Origin: Lytechinus pictus
Taxonomy: Eukaryota
NCBI RefSeq assembly: GCF_037042905.1
Contig: NC_087251.1
Span: 16,184,001 to 16,248,000, forward strand
Direction: 5' to 3'
Length of the DNA: 64,000 bases
In this document: positions 61,901 through 64,000 of the stretch, in pieces
Layout of the letters: the number at the start of each line of letters is the position of its first letter
Position numbering within the stretch: position 1 is the first letter of the stretch
Notes under the pieces: model-generated
The model's database searches: none
Told to the model about the DNA's origin: nothing
The model's input: only the letters and a program-made list of their open reading frames with translations
Program-made: the position numbers and the translations under genes

Positions 61901-64000
61901 TTATTTTCCAGATTCATTGCATAATCAATTACATAATACTTTTCTCTTAGTGTCCATACCACAATTGTTTTTCTAATGCTATAAGCAAAAAAATTACAAG
62001 CTTTTTCTATTTTTTAATGCAAAAAGCCTAGTGAGAATAGTACATACTGAATGAAATGGAAAACTACTCACAGCTCTCATTCTCTTATTCCTCTCTTTAT
62101 TTCTCTTTCTGAAACCGATTTCAGTGACTCTTCTCTTCTTGAAGATCTCATCTTCTGCTTCACCTAGATCGGTCATCATCAGCTGGACACGTTGAAGGTC
62201 GACCACTCCATTCTCTGTCAAGTAGCCCTAGCAATAACACACAAAAGAGGTTTTACAACAAATATGAGGTATGTGTGTCATATATGACTAGCCACCCTAA
62301 AACCAACAATGAGATGCCCAAAATGAATTTTGAGATTTTTATTGAGCTTGAAAAAGTACATCCTAAGCTTTAGAATGATATACAACTTGTAAAAATTGAT
62401 CAATAACCTACAGAAGTACTTGATTAAATGCGGAAGAAATTAAGTGAGAGCCAAGTTAAAAAGTTAATAAACTGATGCACAAGACAATGCAACTTCTTCA
62501 ATGCCAATAGAAAAGCACACATAATCCTTTGTGGTGTTTCAAAGAACTGTTTTTAAGTTACACACATATTTATGTATGATTTTATGCACAACATTATGGA
62601 CAACACTATGCATGACTGGTGACTGTTCTTTGGTGAAAAATAAAAATGACAATGACATTAGTTTCATACAAGTAGAATATACAACATACCTTTGTCTTGT
62701 AAACAGCTTTCTTGTACAGTCGTATCAGCCTGTCAATGGCCCCTTCCCTTTTGATAAGAAAAAACAGATTTCTAAAAGTCAATCACCTTATTTTAATATT
62801 AAAGGGAATTTACATATCACAGAAAAGTAAATTATCTTCTCTGGTAATGAAACACTCTAAAAGAAGATATCCTGGTATTTGCTTCAAACTGATACAGTAC
62901 ATGGATAACTGAAAATGGATTAGTGGGATGCAAAATGATTTTTAATCAAGAAATCATGATTAAGCCTTATTTATGGAATTATTACATGTTTGAATGAATC
63001 ATATCAAGATATAATAAATATAAAAAAATCTAGGATCCACCCAAATTTAGTGCATCATATTTTCGAAAAAAAAATCACAATTTCTTTATCAATAAAGGCC
63101 AGGAATGGATTTAAGCTGTTATGACAAATGATTGCTATGCTATTTTTCAGCCAAATCTAGATTCTGTAACAAAGATTTCCATTCATTGTTCAAAACACTG
63201 GTCATAAACCAATATTTATTGTTCTTAGATATTTTCAATTCATTGCAATCATGACAGGGCTTGGACCACAGTGAATTGTAAAGCAAGTGTGAGACGTGCT
63301 CAAGACACAGCCCTATATCACAGAAGAAATTCAAACCTTACAAACTTGTGATATGAATCATGAAAACACTTACCTGATTTCAAGTGAAGGAAGATGAGGC
63401 AAGAAATCATTACCAACAAAGAAGCACATGAATACCCAGTCATCTATAGCTCTCTGCAAGTGTTAGAAATTAGAAACATGGAATTAACATGAATTTTACT
63501 TCTCTACATTCCCAAAGTGCCTGGTCCAAGGGCATTTCTTAACACAATCCTCAATAAAATGTGGATGCAATATTTTTGCTGTGAATGGTTTTCATACACA
63601 ACAATAATGATAATAATGCAACTGAAAAAGTGCTTGTATCCATATACAATATTTGAAAATACACATTTTCCTCTTAAGTCCATCTCATAATAGTGGTTTG
63701 ACTCTGACAAATTGTTATTTATACAATAAGCAATAGAAAATATGAAATTCAATATTTTTTCTATTGTAATATCTACTTGACAGACAAGTGCATCCTACCA
63801 AAATAATTTGAATGAATAGTGAAAAATCAAGCCTAACACAGAATTTTTTTTATCAAAATCAGATATTTTGAAGATAAGTATCTGTTGCCCTTATTGATAT
63901 GACTTGGGCAGTGTACTTCTAAATGTAATTCTAAAGTTCACTCACCTCTAGGTCAAAGGTGAAAGGTAAACCTGTCATCCACAGCTCTTTTTCCAGGTAC
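7742..64000 (-). CDS. XRN2: 5'-3' exoribonuclease 2 (XRN2/Rat1), multi-exon, 5' part outside window; 20 exons traced, true last exon uncertain
   Basis: Spliced translation gives XRN hallmark motifs: [143 protein letters not shown] and the XRN2-type RPQLGF. All junctions are GT-AG and phase-consistent. Confidence 0.97.
8013..8190 (-). mobile_element. 3' fragment of tRNA-derived SINE
   Basis: (taa)n tail plus cacctcacctgggttgagtgcagca core, the reverse complement of the core in 27544-27805. Confidence 0.65.
8365..9177. mobile_element. Foldback-like Tc1/mariner MITE with about 300-bp inverted arms
   Basis: CAGTGCGTCCCAGAAAAAACGAAACCGAGA... mirrored at the right end for about 300 bp; TA flanks. 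Confidence 0.92.
9397..9935. mobile_element. Non-autonomous TTAA-target DNA transposon (Kolobok-like)
   Basis: TTAA|AGGTCAAGTCCACCCC ... GGGGTGGACTTGTCCT|TTAA; inverted sister copy at 60430-61032. Confidence 0.85.
11757..12177. mobile_element. MITE with CAGGG termini (hAT-like), 6-bp TSD
   Basis: 15-bp TIR CAGGGTGCTACATAA; CAAATA duplicated on both sides; repeated subterminal CTTGCCCG/CGGGCAAG motifs. Confidence 0.85.
12905..14350. mobile_element. Non-autonomous TTAA-target DNA transposon (Kolobok-like), 1.45 kb
   Basis: TTAA|AGTTGAATTAAGAAG ... CTTCTTAATTCAACT|TTAA; internal inverted repeat GAGTGTGACGTCACCGGGGGG at about 13092 and 14141. Confidence 0.85.
15078..15270. mobile_element. Short degenerate MITE-like element with poly-G/poly-C runs
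   Basis: CAGGGGCAAATCCAGGATTTT start with G-runs and a terminal C-run; right end degenerate. Confidence 0.45.
17097..19582 (-). mobile_element. 5'-truncated, frameshifted CR1/L2-group LINE (end of APE endonuclease, RT, 3'UTR)
   Basis: LSDH (APE end), [35 protein letters not shown] motifs over three broken ORFs; (aaat)n tail; 9-bp TSD TGCAAACAT at 17088-17096 and 19583-19591. Confidence 0.95.
21274..21315 (-). CDS. Candidate 42-nt XRN2 microexon (R)[13 protein letters not shown](L)
   Basis: cccag| acceptor, |GTAAGT donor, phase 2-2, TGCATG motifs on both sides. Confidence 0.5.
21569..22649. mobile_element. Non-autonomous DNA transposon, 18-bp TIR, 4-bp TSD, superfamily unassigned
   Basis: AATA|CAGTCAGTCCGCAAGCCC ... 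GGGCTTGCGGACTGACTG|AATA; internal inverted repeat TTTTAGATGGGTCAGCAGCCAG at about 21959 and 22233. Confidence 0.85.
23839..24358. mobile_element. TTAA-type non-autonomous element with long internal inverted repeats (left end missing)
   Basis: 23839-23980 is the reverse complement of about 24168-24311; ends ...ggaccatccc|ttaa; related to 6750-7240 and 30480-30710. Confidence 0.75.
25201..26623. mobile_element. Non-autonomous DNA transposon (Harbinger/ISL2EU-like termini) carrying two 21-bp tandem arrays
   Basis: TIR AAGCCCCAGTCACATATAGA with TA on both sides; arrays (GTGTAGGTCCGTGTRGCTGCC)n at about 25421-25520 and (GACGTGTTGGTCCGTGTAGCT)n at about 26200-26470. Confidence 0.88.
27544..27805 (+). 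mobile_element. tRNA-derived SINE with conserved central core (Nin/Deu-like)
   Basis: A box TGGCCCAGTGG, B box GGTTCAAATCC, core CACTCAAACCAGGTGAGGTAAATGGGTACC. Confidence 0.85.
29730..29763 (-). CDS. XRN2: XRN2 34-nt tail microexon [11 protein letters not shown](R)
   Basis: ttcag|..|gtaaga, phase 1-2; required to bridge the phase-1 donor at 43869 and phase-2 acceptor at 7970; same composition as neighbouring exons. Confidence 0.85.
29969..30495. repeat. About 265-bp tandem duplication within a TTAA-type element fragment (element continues to about 30710)
   Basis: ttatttgactgttatt.gacaatgtaa...aagtatcaaatgatta occurs twice head-to-tail with few differences. Confidence 0.88.
36500..36888 (-). 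CDS. Candidate alternative terminal XRN2 exon, 129 aa ([19 protein letters not shown]...AESTDG*)
   Basis: About 70-nt AG-free pyrimidine tract with ctgac, then aag|; phase-1 entry opens the 129-codon ORF. Confidence 0.5.
39068..39416 (-). mobile_element. Full-length tRNA-derived SINE
   Basis: Minus strand has tRNA-like head (GTGGTGTAGCAG..GTTCGAATCCC), CCCAGGTGTTAAATGGGTACC core and (tta)n tail. Confidence 0.88.
40618..40884. mobile_element. MITE, PIF/Harbinger-like, 3-bp CTG TSD
   Basis: CTG|GGCCCCATCTTACAAAG ... CTTTGTAAGACGGGGCC|CTG with extended subterminal inverted repeats. Confidence 0.8.
41445..41640 (+). mobile_element. tRNA-derived SINE or tRNA pseudogene (Val-CAC-like head)
   Basis: GATCAGTTGGTAGAGCG A box, CTCACAA anticodon loop, GAGTTCAAGCCC B box; acceptor stem does not pair. 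Confidence 0.6.
42275..43335 (+). mobile_element. Helentron-associated (HINE/DINE-like) element with about 160-bp internal tandem repeats
   Basis: About 6 units containing TGACCTTTGACCTTGGTCATGTGACCTGAAACTC; 3' hairpin GTCTCAC..CTGC-TAT-GCAG..GTGAGAC followed by an A-rich end. Confidence 0.7.
43869..43987 (-). CDS. XRN2: XRN2 tail exon [39 protein letters not shown](G)
   Basis: ttttgcag|..|gtagga, 119 nt, phase 2-1; G/Q/Y-rich like XRN2 C-termini. Confidence 0.88.
46446..46664 (-). CDS. Candidate alternative XRN2 exon (R)[73 protein letters not shown]
   Basis: ccctgttccttcattccag| acceptor; open for 73 codons in the phase-2 frame; donor gtagtc (in frame) or gtaagg (after TAG). Confidence 0.6.
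49783..49815 (-). CDS. Candidate alternative 33-nt XRN2 microexon (R)[10 protein letters not shown](R)
   Basis: tgcatgcttttcttctcccctctcattatccctaag| acceptor, AAG|GTAACC donor, phase 2-2, no stop. Confidence 0.6.
50753..50971 (-). CDS. XRN2: XRN2 exon [16 protein letters not shown] repeats..YRPQLGF..AAQRMI(R)
   Basis: cag|..|gtaaga, 219 nt, phase 2-2. Confidence 0.93.
51542..51610 (-). CDS. XRN2: XRN2 exon [22 protein letters not shown](K)
   Basis: cag|..|gtgagt, 69 nt, phase 2-2. Confidence 0.93.
52062..52118 (-). CDS. XRN2: XRN2 exon [18 protein letters not shown](G)
   Basis: cag|..|gtatgt, 57 nt, phase 2-2. Confidence 0.9.
52200..52770. mobile_element. Unclassified interspersed repeat beginning with an approximately 185-bp imperfect palindrome
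   Basis: CAGATATTGCCT (52208) pairs with AGGCAATATCTG (52382); apex CCCGAAGCGCGCAGCGCTGAGGG. Confidence 0.6.
53455..53543 (-). CDS. XRN2: XRN2 exon [29 protein letters not shown](K)
   Basis: cag|..|gtgagt, 89 nt, phase 0-2. Confidence 0.9.
54063..54163 (-). CDS. XRN2: XRN2 exon [33 protein letters not shown]
   Basis: cag|..|gtaaga, 101 nt, phase 1-0. Confidence 0.94.
54330..54580. repeat. Degenerate (CAT/CAC)n trinucleotide microsatellite
   Basis: Runs of cac/cat/ctt triplets. Confidence 0.9.
54608..54691 (-). CDS. XRN2: XRN2 exon [27 protein letters not shown]
   Basis: tag|..|gtaagt, 84 nt, phase 1-1. Confidence 0.96.
55148..55220 (-). CDS. XRN2: XRN2 exon [24 protein letters not shown](G)
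   Basis: tag|..|gtagga, 73 nt, phase 0-1. Confidence 0.97.
55647..55736 (-). CDS. XRN2: XRN2 exon [30 protein letters not shown]
   Basis: cag|..|gtaagt, 90 nt, phase 0-0. Confidence 0.97.
56690..56886. repeat. Degenerate minisatellite of about 43 bp, about 5 units
   Basis: Repeated (ta)gacttcccatctattcatac..gggta. Confidence 0.8.
57477..57635 (-). CDS. XRN2: XRN2 exon [37 protein letters not shown]...GTKP
   Basis: cag|..|gtgagt, 159 nt, phase 0-0. Confidence 0.98.
58189..58273 (-). CDS. XRN2: XRN2 exon [28 protein letters not shown]
   Basis: cag|..|gtaagt, 85 nt, phase 2-0. Confidence 0.96.
58779..58888 (-). CDS. XRN2: XRN2 exon [36 protein letters not shown](R)
   Basis: ctcag|..|gttggt, 110 nt, phase 0-2; joins VRLW motif. 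Confidence 0.9.
59744..59836 (-). CDS. XRN2: XRN2 exon [31 protein letters not shown]
   Basis: aag|..|gtatgt, 93 nt, phase 0-0; variable linker region. Confidence 0.82.
59872..60032 (-). mobile_element. 3' fragment of SINE
   Basis: (taa) tail, ttattaccccggcta..., ggtacctattcac core, as in 27544-27805 reversed. Confidence 0.55.
60430..61032. mobile_element. Kolobok-like TTAA element, inverted sister of 9397-9935
   Basis: AGGACAAGTCCAC ... GTGGACTTGACCT|TTAA; body is the reverse complement of 9397-9935. Confidence 0.85.
61660..61704 (-). CDS. XRN2: XRN2 exon [15 protein letters not shown]
   Basis: tttcag|..|gtaagt, 45 nt, phase 0-0. Confidence 0.88.
62072..62227 (-). CDS. XRN2: XRN2 exon [33 protein letters not shown]...RMRA
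   Basis: tag|..|gtgagt, 156 nt, phase 0-0. Confidence 0.96.
62690..62747 (-). CDS. XRN2: XRN2 exon [19 protein letters not shown]
   Basis: aag|..|gtatgt, 58 nt, phase 2-0. Confidence 0.95.
63374..63453 (-). CDS. XRN2: XRN2 exon [26 protein letters not shown](R)
   Basis: cag|..|gtaagt, 80 nt, phase 0-2; catalytic GNDFLP motif. Confidence 0.97.
63946..64000 (-). CDS. XRN2: XRN2 exon (partial, runs off window): [18 protein letters not shown]
   Basis: Donor GAG|GTGAGT, phase 0. Confidence 0.93.

Noticed and set aside
1..64000. Intronic box C/D or H/ACA snoRNAs
   Set aside because: I could not find a convincing box C...box D pair with a terminal stem by eye; a covariance-model scan (Infernal/Rfam) would be needed to exclude them

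Overview
AT-rich eukaryotic (metazoan) genomic DNA; the repeat landscape suggests an echinoderm such as a sea urchin, but that is inference. The whole window lies inside one minus-strand gene, XRN2 (nuclear 5'-3' exoribonuclease 2, Rat1 homologue), which is 5'-incomplete here. I traced 20 phase-consistent GT-AG exons from 64000 down to 7742. The first 17 (catalytic half plus an RGG exon) are packed into 50.7-64 kb with introns of about 0.4-1.8 kb. The last three, encoding a Gly/Gln/Asn/Tyr-rich tail, are separated by introns of about 6.8, 14.1 and 21.8 kb, followed by at least 5 kb more. The main observation is that these giant 3' introns contain non-repetitive islands, each starting with a minus-strand splice acceptor that often has a long AG-free pyrimidine tract. 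Many open in exactly the phase of the upstream constitutive donor: frame-preserving 33-, 42-, 138- and 219-nt cassettes, and stop-terminated exons of 13-129 codons. This suggests an array of alternative cassette, terminal or poison exons remodelling the XRN2 C-terminus; it is untested without RNA-seq. The introns also carry a 5'-truncated CR1/L2-type LINE, tRNA-derived SINEs, many non-autonomous DNA transposons (TA, TTAA, CTG, 4-bp and 6-bp target duplications), a Helentron-like tandem-repeat element and microsatellites.
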